A DNA stretch of 57,859 bases, filler included, from Jimgerdemannia flammicorona (lineage: Eukaryota): assembly GCA_003990765.1 (NCBI GenBank). It is 3 parts of 3 records of this genome, joined end to end, with 100 filler letters (N's around TTAATTAATTAA, not from the genome) between each part and the next. Parts side by side here need not be neighbours in the genome. Positions count along the whole stretch, not along the records: positions 1 to 19,222 come from RBNJ01001996.1; 2 more parts are not named here. One strand, 5' to 3'. Below are positions 1-12,310 of this stretch, one piece after another. A model generated the notes under the pieces. That model was not told the DNA's origin, did no database searches, and was given only the letters and a program-made list of their open reading frames with translations. Every line of letters begins with the position of its first letter. The first letter of the stretch is position 1. Position numbers and translations under genes: made by a program.

Positions 1-228
1 TCCTCTGCCGCCACTCCCGGCCCCGCGCCCCCTCACCGAGGCCCTTGGCATACCAATACCAGCACCTCGACCCCCCCCCACATGCTGCCAGTCAAAGGCA
101 CTGGGGCCCCCCTGTCCAGTACGCTCACTAGAGTGCATGTTGCTCGCCATATTGATAGCACCAAGACTTGAAAACGTTGTCGAAAGTGTTGCCTGAAGTT
201 TGTGTCACCCGAATATTACCAGTGAAAG
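1..228 (-). mobile_element. 5' end (UTR and ORF1 start) of L1/Tx1-type LINE copy A, running off the contig
   Basis: Homologous to 2260-2488 (GAATATTACCAGTGAAAGG vs GAATATTACTGGTGAAAGG). The minus strand starts CCTTTC, like the full-length LINE at 23980. It retains more CpG than copy B. Confidence 0.7.
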
Positions 229-2488
229 GTGAAAAAGAAGTTCATATCTCCCATCTCCTTTCTAACTAGAATGTCCACCTGCCCAGTCCATATAGCTGCC
301 CCACCCCATTCTCTAGTCTAATTCTATAAGTCCACATCTATCTCATATTATACATCCTGCAATAAGAAGAGATCCACATCCAGTTCCTTTAACTAACTAA
401 AGATATTCCTTCACCAAGCTGCTCCCCTCAACCCATTCACATTCAAAGAGAAGATTCTAGTTGTACTGTTTATATTGAATAATATTTGATATTGAGAGCT
501 CAGTCTAGTATTCCATGCTCATCTTATTACCAGCCAGATCCAAGTGCCACTCCACTTCCAAATTATCCTCCCTTACAGTCTGAGCATTCAGTGCTTTCAA
601 GATTTCCTAATACTCCACCTTATCTACCACCTCCCTTTCTGCTCAATAATCTATACACATCACTCTCTACTTCTCCAACTCCTTCCTCAAACCCCATAAG
701 TATGCTGCCTGATCATTCACAATTACTTGAAGTTCCTCCTCCCTCTTATCATCTACTTGGTATTTAACTAATTCCAAGAGCACTGCTAGGATCTCATTCC
801 TAATCTTCCTTATCTTCTCACCCTGAAGAATTTCCTCTCAGTATCTATTGCCCATAACTCAGAAGTCCTCTCCCCCCAGCTCCTCAGCCACCACCCCCTC
901 CAGAGTCTTCCACAGCTACTTTTTCTTGTTTACCACCTCTGCAACACCCTGGGCAATCTCTTCAACCCCACCACAGGGTCCACCAAAGTGCTCCTGCTCA
1001 CTGACTCATCCTACTCCTCCTCCAGTATGTCCTGTAATTCCTCCTCACCATTTGCCCTATATGAGACCTTATACTAAGAGAGTACTTCCTCACCCATTTC
1101 AGTATCCTCCACCATACCACCCTATCTCTCCTCACTTGATCCACCTTGGGCTGCACCTTGGACCATCCTGCACTCTCTAGCCCAAGCACTCCCTCTCAAT
1201 CCTGCACCATCTTTTCCTGCACCACTGTCCACCCCACTACCTCCTAACTTCTCCAGCAGCTCCTTCTGAATATGTCTTCCCTATATCTTCTCGCAGGCCA
1301 CCCAGTCCATTCTGATCCTCTTTCCATCCACAATCTCCATCACTGTCTTGACTTCATACTCCTTCCAAGCCGATCTTCTCCTCTCTACTACTCCTGTCAG
1401 ATCCTTTAGAGCATCTAGTAAGTCTTTCTCTTCCTCTATCATTCCTTTTACCTAGGAGACCTTATATTCAACCAGTCCCCACTTAAGAGTCACTGGCCAG
1501 TCCTTCATCTTCTCTATATTCTCCTTTCTAGCCAGCCTCACCCAGATGTCAATATCTTCTGTCTAGAGTTCAGTATCCTCTCAGACTTAGAACCTTATGT
1601 CCACAATCTCTCTATACCCCTTGACCTTCTCCATAATCAGCTCTCTGGCTCTCTCCCTTGACACTATGGGAAAATCCAACATCATCAACTGTACTACTCA
1701 GGGGCCCCAGCATATGTACCTTACTATAGAAACCACTACTCTATCTATTACTACCCCTTTCTCCACAGTCTCCAATAATGGCACCTCTTTCTCAAATCCA
1801 ACCTCAACCCCTTCTTTCCTCTTCAAGAACTTCTGAAGCCATCCCCTTCACCTCCTGCACCACCAGCTCCAAAACCATTCTCACAGTCACTGCTAAGCCT
1901 CAGAAGTACAATATAATGGCAGATTCTGACCTTGACTTTTTAAGTAATGGTGCTGATACCATACCAGTCACACCATCTGCCAGGTCCCCAGGCCTTATGC
2001 CCTCTCCCTGTCCTAATCTGCTACCAACTATCACATCTGGATTTTTTTCCAGATCTCCAGTCACAGCTCCATCAGCAGTCACATCTCCAGCCCTTACTCT
2101 CCTACTGCCTGACCCTCTTATGGGGGCCCCTTCTGTTCTCTAGCTGAAGTTATTGATGCCTTTCCCAGTCCCAACCAACTATCCAGACCAGATGCCATCC
2201 TCTCCATCTTGACCTTATTAGCAAAGATTGTCCTCCCCTCTCCTTATTGCCTCAATCTACCCCTCTCTCTACCTTCAGTATTTTGGCCCACCATAGGAGG
2301 CTCCAGCATCTCCAAACCATCTCCTTGCCTCCTCCTGACATATTGCCAGTTGAAGGCACTTCTGCCTCCCTGGCTAATATACTCACTAGTACACTTGTTG
2401 CTATCCATGTTACTAGTCTCCTTTCACTAAAAACATTGCAAAAAGTATTGTCTGAGTCTTGTGTCATCTGAATATTACTGGTGAAAGG
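229..2488 (-). mobile_element. LINE copy B: 5' UTR, decayed ORF1 and N-terminus of the APE endonuclease, interrupted by copy A
   Basis: ORF1 fragment VTGDLEKNPD...LAVTVRMVLE matches ORF1 of the LINE at 24354-24899. Minus strand ~468-350 reads RIFSLNVNGL...DLFLLQD, the APE motif. Confidence 0.85.
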
Positions 2489-3230
2489 TATTGTCTGATA
2501 TCTTCCTGCAAGTACTCTATATTCTCTAAGCAGTCTAACTCTACTACCATATCATCAGCAAAAGTCCCCAGCTTCCAGACCACATCACCCATCCACAATC
2601 TAGTTAGTCATCCCTTCAGCTAAGTCAGTAAAGGCTCCAAGGAGAGAATATAAAGAAGGAGAGAAAGAGAATCACCCTGTAGCATACCTCTCCCCAAGGT
2701 AAACTCTGGACCACTCCATCTATTCATCAGTACAGCTTCTCAGTAACCTTGTATCAGCCCTATCAATCTCCTTACATCTGCTGCTCTGAACCCTGCCTTC
2801 CATAGTACTGCTTCCAAATAGTTCCACCACACCCTGTCATATGTCTTCTCTTGATCCAAGAAGACCATCTGCCCATTCACTTGCTGGCTTCTGCAGCCCT
2901 CTAAGATATTCTATACCCAGACAGTACTGTCTCTAATCTACCTCTTCTTGACAAAACCCTACTGATCCACTGCTACATTCTCCCAGCCAGAATCTTAGAC
3001 ATCAACTTTCTGTCCATATTTAGTAACATAATAGGTTGCCAATTCTGCCACATATGCTGATCTCCCTTTTCCTTATACAGTAGAGGGACTAATCCTAGGA
3101 AACTATTGCCAATTCTGCTACCTTCTCTTAGAATAAAGTTTACCATTTCTATCAACCAGCTACCAAACTCCAACTGGAACTCCTTCTAGAATTCTCAAGG
3201 CAACCTATCCTCTCCAGGCAATGAACCTAC
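2489..3230 (-). mobile_element. LINE copy C, reverse transcriptase portion (decayed)
   Basis: LLYKEKGD..NWQPIMLLNMDRKLMSKILA, LDQEKTYDRVWW, GDSLSP and GTFADD motifs, with many stops. Confidence 0.9.
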
Positions 3231-4730
3231 TGTAATGTGCCGGCTCAATGGAGGCAAATTACAAGGTTGGGGGTTGATGGAGTTTGGCTTGAGCCCCCAG
3301 TTACTTTGTCAAAAGCAACAAAATATTCTTGGTGTTTAGTGGTATAATAGTCAAAGCTGGATATCTGCAAGCGATTTCCTTATTCGGACTGTTCTCTGGG
3401 TGTAGTGGTGATTTGTGTGTGAATGGACTTCCTTCTTGGGTCAACTGGGAATGCCACAATAATTTGTATAGCATGACAATCTCCAAAAGTATGCAATTTC
3501 TGGGTGTGATGGTCTGGCAATTTAGCAGTTCTCCTTCTTGGGTGATGGTCTCTGATTTCTGTGTGACGATCTCTTGTGCAGTGCAGTGGGTTCCTTATGT
3601 GGGGCATTCTGATAATTTGGTAGATAACTTGATTTGGCTCACTGGGAATTGTATGGTGCAGATTCTTCCTGAAATAGTGGGGTTCTTGGGGAATGCAGAT
3701 AACTTGATAGCTTTAACTGGAAATTATCTTGAGTGACAGATAACTCGATAACTTGGGCTCACTGGGAATGACAAATAACTCGGATGTCGCGGATTCTTCT
3801 AAATCAGCGGCTTCAACTGGGAATACGGCAGATAGCTTAGAAACAGCAGGTGACACAGATTCTTCCTGAATCGGTGGGCTCTTAACTGGGAAATGGGATG
3901 GCGCGGATTCTTTCTGAATCGGTGGGCTTCTACTGGGAATACAAACAACTGGTGGTGTTCTTTGGGAAAGGGTCTCTTGGCAAAGTTACATCAAAGACTG
4001 GCTTCGTTTGCATGAAAAATTACTGCGAAGTTGCATCAGAAACTGGCTTGAGCAAGGTGGCTTTCTTGGGAAGGTGGAGGATAGGGTTCTTCAGGCTTAT
4101 CTGGCAAGCATACCAATAGCACAGCTTATTCCTTTAAGTGGCAGGTTCTTCAAGAGGCAGTGAAGTTCTCCTTGAACTTAGGTGGCAAATCTTCAGGCTT
4201 ATCTGGCAAGTGAACCAATAGTTCCAAAGGTGGCAAAGTTCTTCCTCAAACTTAGGCAGCAAAATCAGCTTTGTATTGGAAAGTGGACCGGAGTGGGAAT
4301 AAGGAGACCAATTGCTCAATCTTTAGAGGCTTCTTTGGTTTGCACTTCAATTCGGACTGAGGTTTTATTCACTCTCGCCTCTGGGGTATTTTATTCAAGT
4401 TAGTTGCTATCTGGTTGCTATGTGGCTAACTATAGACTTGCTATCTTCGGTAATGTTTGGGTGTGTCCTCTGGATACAGGTGTGTCCACAGGATATGTGT
4501 GTGTCTGCCAGATATGAGTGTGTCCGCAGGACATGAGTGTGTCCACAGGACATGAGTGTGTCTGCAGGACACAGGTAAACAATTCTGATCTGGTGTCTTG
4601 GCTAATTATAAGTGTGGCGGGCATGAGTAACTATGATACACTGGAAGTCACATCATGTTGAGTAAGTATGCTAATTGTTCATGTCATCTGGCTAAGTTAT
4701 AATTCAGGTGCTACGTTTTGGTCCATCACA
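3231..4730 (-). repeat. 3' LTR of Gypsy family 1 (1500 bp)
   Basis: Direct repeat of 12311-13791; TGTAA...CATCACA. Confidence 0.97.
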
Positions 4731-4741
4731 TCAGCCCCCAC
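4731..4741 (-). promoter_or_regulatory. Polypurine tract
   Basis: Minus-strand GTGGGGGCTGA immediately 5' of the 3' LTR. Confidence 0.7.
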
Positions 4742-4769
4742 TGAAGGGTAGTCTGTCCCAGACTATTCT

Positions 4770-5282
4770 TCAGTTATCATTCCAATAGGCAAAAGCAGCT
4801 TCTGCATCTATACCTGTTCCATCATCATCATCTGAGCTATGGTCACTCCATTCTAGGGGCTCTTCTTCTTCCTCAGGAAATAGGATCTCTACTTGGTGAA
4901 TAATGCTAAGGTAGGTGGGCTGTATCATCCTTTGGAGGTTATTTAGGGAGAACTGGGCCTGGATTAAGGCAGAAGGATTTCATTTATATATTGTGTATAG
5001 TCTGTCTGCAGCAGTAGTGTTCCTTCTGTTCAGGCCAGTGGTGTTTCGGATATAGGCTAGGTCTGGGAGAGGAAGATTCTGCAATTGTTCTCCAATTGCA
5101 TAATATGCCTACAACTGGTGGATCTGGAGTAGCCTCTCGGCCAAGGTGAGGTTCTCTTGATGAACTCAGATTCTCTGAAGGTATGTTCCATTGGGTTCCC
5201 GGAACTGAGGCAGGGGAACTGGTAGGGCTTGGAGGGAACTGAGAACAAGGGTTTGGAGGCGGTTGTCAATTCTCTGATTCAT
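4770..5282 (-). pseudogene. Accessory ORF3 of Gypsy family 1 (170 codons, 3 internal stops), unknown function
   Basis: ATG at 5282 overlaps the end of integrase. One frame reads MNQRIDNRLQ...AYYAIGEQL...TAADRLYTIYK...AFAYWNDN*. The internal stops TGA/TAG/TGA can each derive from CGA/CAG by C>T. Confidence 0.65.
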
Positions 5283-6370
5283 GGTGTGAGGGGAAGTATA
5301 TCTTGAGGTGATTGATGTGTACTGGTGTTCTTAGGGTTCGTCCATCCATGCTTCTTAAATAGATACTGGTTCCTCTGATGTTGTGTACAAGATAAGGTCC
5401 TTCCCATTTTGGTTCCAGTTTGGCGGCAAAGTTTGTCTCAATCATGCTTCTCCAGACTAGGACTTGATCTCCAATCTTGATCTCCTGATCCTTCTGTTTT
5501 TGGTTATAGTACTTCTTTTGTCTTTCCTGAGCTTTGATAATCTGTCTCTGGGCTTGGTTTCATAACTGTTCTGCCTTCTTGAGGAGGTCTCTGAGATTCT
5601 CATGGTCAGCAGTTCTGGTTTTCTTGGCAAACATCATTTCAAATGGCTTTTGTTTGGTGGATGTGGCAGGGGTATTCCGAATTTCCCATAGGATCTCAGA
5701 TAAGCAGAGGTCCCAATCAGTAGGGTTGACTTGGGCAAGTCCTTTCTTGATGGTCTGGTTCATTCTTTCTGTCATGCCATTGGTCTGGGGGTGGTATGAT
5801 GTAGTCCTTTTGAGGTGGATCTTATGAATTCGGGCATAACTTGTGATTATGCTGTTGATGAATTCTGTGCCTCAGTCAGAGATGAGTTCTTCTGGAGGTC
5901 CATATCTGAGTGTGAGTCTATGGAGGAGGCCTACAATAGTTAAGACATCTGCGATTTCCATTGGGAAAGCCTTGGGCCACTTGGTCAGATGTTCTACAAA
6001 TATAAGGATATATTTGTTTCTTCTTGGTGTAACTGGTAAGGGTCTGATTACATCTACTCCCCATCTTTGGAAGATGTGAGTGGGTGGGGGAATCAGTTAC
6101 AGAGGGGCTTGGTAGTTCTTCTTTCCTTGGTACTTCTGGCAGGTGTCACATTTCTGAATGATGTCCTGTACTTGAGCTCTGAGGTGGGGCCAATGTTGAT
6201 ATTGTTTTCGAATCTTGTCTTCTATGCATGTCTGTTCTTGGTGGGCTTTCACATATTCTTGTCAGATAAGATTTTCTTGTGCTTTGATGGTCTGAGGAGC
6301 TTCCTTTAGGGTGTGGTTCCTTGGGACACCCTTCCTCTAGTTCATTGGGAGTGGCAGGAAAGTACATCAA
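5266..6370 (-). pseudogene. Integrase of Gypsy family 1
   Basis: CDTCQ zinc finger; WGVDVI, ISD, TTSYHPQTNGMTERMNQTIK, GPY and VHINHLK motifs. Confidence 0.92.
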
Positions 6371-7745
6371 CATTGTTGTGGGCTTTCCCTGCTTTGTGAA
6401 TGATGGTGATTTTGTAATCCTGTAGGATAAGGATCTAGCGGGCTAGAATTCTGGCAGGTTCCTTGTGGTTGAATAACCATTTGAAGGCTGCATGGTCTGT
6501 GATCAGGGTGAACCTTTTTCTGATAAGATAATGCTTGAACAGGGTGACCACCCATATGACTGCAAGGCATTCCAGTTTGGTACTACCATAGTTCATCTGC
6601 TGCTGGTTGGTAGCCCTGCTTGTATAAGCTATCACATGGTGCTGTTGGTCAGGTCCTTCTTGGGCTAGAACTGCTCCTAGGCCATCTTTGGAAGCATCTG
6701 TATACAAGATGAATGGCTTCTGTAGATTGGGGCATACAAGGATTGGTACTGTAGTCATGTGGTTCTTGAGTTCTCTGAAGGCTTTTTCCTATGATTCTGT
6801 CTATTTGAATGTCATTCCTTTCTTGAGAAGGATTTGGATTGGGGCAGCGATTTGGGCAAAATCCTTGATGAACCTTCTGTAGTAGGATACCAGCATCAGA
6901 AATGATAGTGTTTCTTTTAGAGTCCTTGGTACTGGCCAATTGTTGATCTTCTCGGTTTTCTTTGGGTCTGCATGAGTTCCTTCTTTTGAGACCATGAATC
7001 CCAGGAATTCGAGTTTCTGTTTTCCAAAGTAGTATTTCTTTGCATTCAGTCTTAAGTGATTCTTGCAGGTGAGCTTGAAGAATTCCTCTAGGTGGTGCAG
7101 GTATTCTTCGAAATTTGCTGAATAGATGTTGGAATCATCCATGTATATGATCAGGCAGTGGTAGATCAAGGGGGTATAGATCAAATTCATCATCCTCTGG
7201 AAGGTGGGGGGTGCATTGCAGAGTCTGAAGAGCATTTGGAGATATTCAAACAGTTTTCCTAGAGCAAGGAAGGCTGTCTTTTGAATGTCCTTGGGGTCCA
7301 TGGGGATCTCATAGAATCCTGCGAAGAGGTCCATACTGCTGAAGCATCTGGCATCTTATAGTTGGTCCAAAAGGTCATCGATTCTGGGCAAAGGATAAGC
7401 ATCCTTTTCAGTGACTGAGTTGAGTTTTCTGTAATCCATGCAGAGTCTCCATTCTTCTTTCTTTGGTACAATAAGTATAGGGCTAGCCCAGGGGCTGGTA
7501 GAGGGTCAGATGACTCCATTGTCTAAGAGTTCTTAGATATGCTCCTTTTCGAATGTTTTCAAGTGATGGGGTATTCTATAGGGTTTCTACCGGATAGGTG
7601 TTGCACTTCCTGTATTTATGCTGTGGTGATATGATGGATTGTATAGCAGGTTGCCATAGTCAGTGGTGAAGATATCTTGATATTTGTTGAGAATTTCCAC
7701 TAGTTGTTGCTGTTGTTGAGGTGTCAATTCTTCTCCAATGTTGGT
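6371..7745 (-). pseudogene. Reverse transcriptase and RNase H of Gypsy family 1
   Basis: [43 protein letters not shown] and ITDHAAF motifs. Confidence 0.96.
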
Positions 7746-8161
7746 GGAAGGCTTCACTGTCTCCTGGGTCGCAGAGGGGCCTTTCCTTTCTTCTGGGACC
7801 TTTTGCCATTTCCTGATAGGTTTAGTTCATAAACTTCCCTATGAGTTTGGTTGAGAAAAGGCACCAGATGTCCTATGATGGTTCCTTTTGGCAAGATGAT
7901 GGTCTCCCAACTTTGGTTGGTTGCTTGGGAGTGTACTGGGTTCATCTTGTCAGGGAATGTGTGTCCCTCTATATCCAGGTGTGGGATATCTTCCTTGGGT
8001 TCAAAGAAAAGGTTCCTGGGGTCGGGTGGTGCAAATATTTCGAAGGTGGTTTGTTCTCCAGACTCCAGGATGAGATTTTTGTGTAGTCTGACTGGTTGCC
8101 AGTATACTTGCTGGGGAACATTCCTCTTGAGGTGGTTGACTTGAAGGAGATGTACCTCTTT

Positions 8162-8575
8162 CTTATCTGAACTTCCAAATCCCTTGGCTTGTCTTATTCC
8201 TTTAGTCAGTTCAGAGACTTCTTGTAACTGTGGGGCCTTGACCTTCATGAAGACTGCTTGGGCAATCTTCTGTCCTCTAATAATTCAGTGCCATTCTGCA
8301 CTGCTGTTGTGTAGGATGACCTTGATTTCGCCTATATATCCAGGGTTGATGGTTCCTCCTTCTATGGTTATCCCTTGTCTGGCAAGTCTGGACCTTGAGG
8401 TCAGTTGGATATAAGCTCCTTGAGGTGGCTGCATGGCTAATCCGGTTCTGACCATGAAGGTTTTTCCAGGCTTGATAGATTCATCCTCCAGGCTGTGAAG
8501 GTCATATCCTATATCCTCTGGGTGGGCTTTGGTCGGAGGTTTGGCCTTGGGGTGCAGCAGGGCATACTGGGCGAT
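8162..8575 (-). pseudogene. dUTPase domain within Gypsy pol (one in-frame TGA at 8285-8287)
   Basis: All five trimeric dUTPase motifs: IGYDL, TSRS, GGTINPGYIGEI, GQKIAQ, RQAKGFGSSD. Same frame as gag and PR. Confidence 0.92.
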
Positions 8576-9889
8576 GTCCTTGCTGAGTTTAGGCTTTTCT
8601 AAGGCTGAAGCTCCACTGGCGGAAAGCCTCTAAGCTCTAAGGTTGAGGTGTGGCCATCTGGCTCCAGTAGAGGGGTCTCAGAGGTAATTAATTCCCCTCC
8701 TTCCTGTAGGGTCAAGGGCTTCCATGAAGTTGGTGGCATCTTCTGCCCATCCTTGGCAGATTGCATGTCTGATGAGAGCTAGGATATCTTCTCCCAAATT
8801 GTAGATCTTGAGAATTCTTTTTCTGGGCTTCTTGGTCTGGCTTTTTCGAATCTGACTTTTTCGAATCTGGCTTCGGTTATCTCCTTTCTTCAAGGTGTGC
8901 ACTGCAACATCATGACTGAGGTAAATCTTCTGATGTCTGCAGTCTTGGCAATCAGAGTGTCTTCTATGGTTGCAATATTCCATTGCTCGGAAATGATGTT
9001 CCCAGCTATTTATTTCTTGTTGTCTGGGGAATCGGTACCCATCTTGGTCATAGATTGGGGGAAGAGTAGACAAGGGGTATATTTCTGTTTGGGTAAAGAA
9101 GCCTTGTCCCCTAAATCGACTTTGTAGCCTTGTGGTGACTTCTTGGAAGGTGGTAGACTGTACAAGAGTAGTTGGGGGTTCTGGTCTCTGGGGTCTCTGT
9201 CTTTCTTGTTGGTCCAACAGATGACACTGATAGCAGTAGTCTCAGGGAGAGTGGAAGACCATTTGATGTGGACATCTCCCTAACCGGAAAGCTTTCTCTT
9301 GGTGGGTTTCTTTCTTGGGAATAATGGTGATGGTACTGGGTCCTTCCTCTGTATTCCAGGGGTCATTGTCTTCAGGTGGTATCTAATGAGGGTCATCCCA
9401 GGGGATGAGTTTGGGGACTTCTTCTCCTTCAGGTACTTCTTGTTCAGGAACTTCTTGGTCAGAAGTTTCTTCTTCCTCAGATGATTCTTGACCCCAAATT
9501 GCTTGCACTTCTGCAGCTTCAGTTGCAGGTGTTTCTGGAACATGTCTGCATTTTTTCTTCTTTCTTTTGCATTCTGGGCAGGCTGTGCCAGGCGATTTCC
9601 TTGTTCCTATGATCTTGGAGGAGTGCTCGGGACATTTGTGTCTCTTGAGGCATGTAGAGCATCCTTTGGCTTCTCCTGCAATGGCTCCAATGGTGATGGG
9701 AATGGTGTTCTTGGCCCACACATTGTCTTCTGATCTGTCATCCACCAGGTTAATTCGAGGATTGAGTCTGGGATCATTTCCATCTTCAGATTCTTCTTCC
9801 TCCTCTGTAGTAGACTCCTCACTGCTGGCATATTCTTCTTAGATGGTGACCTTCTTCTTCTTCTTTGATTGCTCATAGCTGGTTACCTT

Positions 9890-10250
9890 AACTCTATACT
9901 TCTTGCCTCGATAGTCAAACTTGAGTACTTGTTGGCCAATATCAACAACTGCATTCATTTTCTTCATCCAGTTGGTGCCAAGAATTATGACATAGGTGAC
10001 AGCTTCGGTGACAACAGCTTTGGGGATGGAGAACTGAATGTGTCCAAGGGAGATGGTGATATTTCGTACTTCTCCAAGGGGTTGAGTTCAGGCTCCATCT
10101 GCTACTATGATGCTGAGGTTGGATGGTCCATCAATGGGCCATTGGAGGGTGTCTAAGAATCATTTGGCAATGATACAGACAGCTACTCCTATATCTATGA
10201 GGATTTTTGCTTTTTGTCCTCCAATGTCTCCATGTAAGTAGGTGCTGACA
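9890..10250 (-). pseudogene. Aspartic protease of Gypsy family 1
   Basis: KILIDIGVAVCII (mutated DTGA), in the gag frame. Confidence 0.8.
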
Positions 10251-10839
10251 TGTCTTTTAGCTGCTTGAACAGGGATGGAGGCTGGTTCTTGCTGGATTGG
10301 AACTCGGCCAGTGCTAGACCTTGTGGTTCTCAGCAATTTGTTTCGAACTCCAGCTGGTGTCAATTGCAAGAACTGCAGGAGAGGAACTTCCATCTTGGCT
10401 TCTTGAATCTTCTGCCAGGCTTCATTGTAAATGTCTCTAGGCATGGTCTTTGGAGTGTACTTCTTCTTGGACTTTGGAGCAGCAGGTTCCCATTCTTCTT
10501 GTTCCATTTTTTCATCTTCTGGTGGCAATTCATTCATCTCGGGCACAAAGGGTGAGGGGGTTCGGGGAGGTGTTTCAACTTGTTCCTCCTCATGTTCTTC
10601 ATCTTCTTCTTGAATGATTCTCCTGCTGATGTTCCTGGATGGTCTTCCCACAGGTCTCTTTCTTTTTTCTGCTGAGTAGACTGTCTTTCAGGTGGTAACC
10701 TTGGTAGGATACAAGTTTAGGTCACTGTAGTCTTCACTGTTGCTTGCTTCCTCGAAATCTTCAACAGGATGGGCCTCAGTCTTCTTGTACTGGGTGTCAT
10801 TCCTTTGGTTTGGTGGTTCTGAGTCCCTTCGGTCACTTC

Positions 10840-11752
10840 TTTTATTGTCACATTCAGTGGCATAGTGTCCGAATTGTCCATAGTGAAAGCATTGGACTTG
10901 GGCTCTGTCTCAGGCAGGGTACCTTCTTTCTTCTTGCTGGTAATTCCTGTTATCTCTTGGTGGATAACCTTGGCTCCTCTGTGGTGGGTATCCTCTGTTA
11001 TCTTGGTAGCTCCGATTTTCGCATATAGTGAGTTTTTCAATCTGACCAACCAATCGATCTAACTTAGAGCTGAGGTCTTGGATTTCACTTCTGTCCTTCT
11101 TTCCTTCCTTGGCTGGCCTTCTTTCTTCAGACCTTTCATGTCCTTGAAGGAGTCCTTGCAGGGCTTTGACCAGGATATCTTCTTTATCTTCCTTCTTGTC
11201 ATGGTCGCTCCAGGTAGTTTCTTGCCTAACATCGAAGAATTCTTGGGCTGTATCTACTTGCTCTTCAGACCTTCTGATGCCTAGGGTGCAGACATACTGG
11301 GCAATGTTTGGAGGAATTCCATTCATGAAGGTCATTGGACCTATGATATCTTGGTTAGTGGCATTGAACCTGGCAGAATGCATTCTCTTCTGGATTCTTG
11401 TGAAGAAGGCTCTGGGTAATTCTCCAAGATTCATCTTCATTCCCATGATAGATTCCTGAGCCTTGTGGCGGGTTTCATTTCCTGCATACTTTTTGATGAG
11501 CCAGTGGACTATGGCCTCATATTCTAGCTCATCAGAGAATACTGCTTGTATCTGTCTTGCCAGTTCCAAATCTGAGTTGTTTGCTGTTCGGTGGAAAATT
11601 CCTCTGGCTGGTTCTCTAAGCTGGGCTTTGTAGATGGCAATTTTTCTTTCATCTGAGTGGTTTCTCAAGGCTGCAATTCCTTCGATTCCATCAAGGAATT
11701 CTCTCGGGTCTTCCTCTGAGTATCCTGCAAAGGTTGGCAATGAGGTGGCCAT
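10840..11752 (-). pseudogene. Gag with CCHC zinc knuckle (family 1)
   Basis: LPTFAGYSEEDPREFL...LREPAR retrotransposon gag. After a TGA comes VQCFHYGQFGHYATEC, with the second Cys mutated to Tyr. Confidence 0.9.
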
Positions 11753-12290
11753 TTCGTCATCACTTTCTTCTGATTCTGATTCAGGTTTGGATTCTGATTC
11801 TGATTCGCTTTCTGAACTATCACTAGAGATGGGAGTGCTTGGGTATCTTGAAGATGGTGTTCTGGTCCTTGGGTGAGGTGGAATAGACCTAGGTATCCTT
11901 GTAGGAGCTACTTCTAGTTCTGCAAGAGGTTGTGATAGGGGTTCTATTGGTGAGATTGGTGGGACTGGTATGAGGTGTCTGGCTGTAAAATATTGGGTCT
12001 GGATAATAAGGTCTTCTAGTTCTTGTGCAAGTTCTCCAAAAACTCCAGCAGGACTGTCTGTATTATCTGGTTGATCTGGTTGGAGATTTCGGGCTGTACT
12101 GCCTCCTGCTTCTGATTGGGATCCTTCTGATGCTGGGTAGTTGGCAAGCCTTGAGGTGATTACTTCTCTTCCTGTCCAAATGCTGGTGATGACTGGTTCT
12201 CCTGTAGGGGCAGAGGTTGGTGTTGTATCAAATATATCCAGTTTGACTGTGGGTTCTTGTGAGCTGAAAAGTCACGTCGATTTTGAAATC

Positions 12291-12308
12291 TTCCCAGTTG
12301 AGCTCCCA
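12291..12308 (-). promoter_or_regulatory. Primer-binding site, possibly tRNA-Pro type
   Basis: TGGGAGCTCAACTGGGAA starts 2 nt after the 5' LTR and resembles TGGGGGCTCGTCCGGGAT. The tRNA identity is inference. Confidence 0.6.
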
Positions 12309-12310
12309 AA

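Noticed and set aside
4770..5282. env gene or chromodomain after integrase
   Set aside because: No signal peptide, transmembrane segment or chromodomain aromatic-cage motif is visible.
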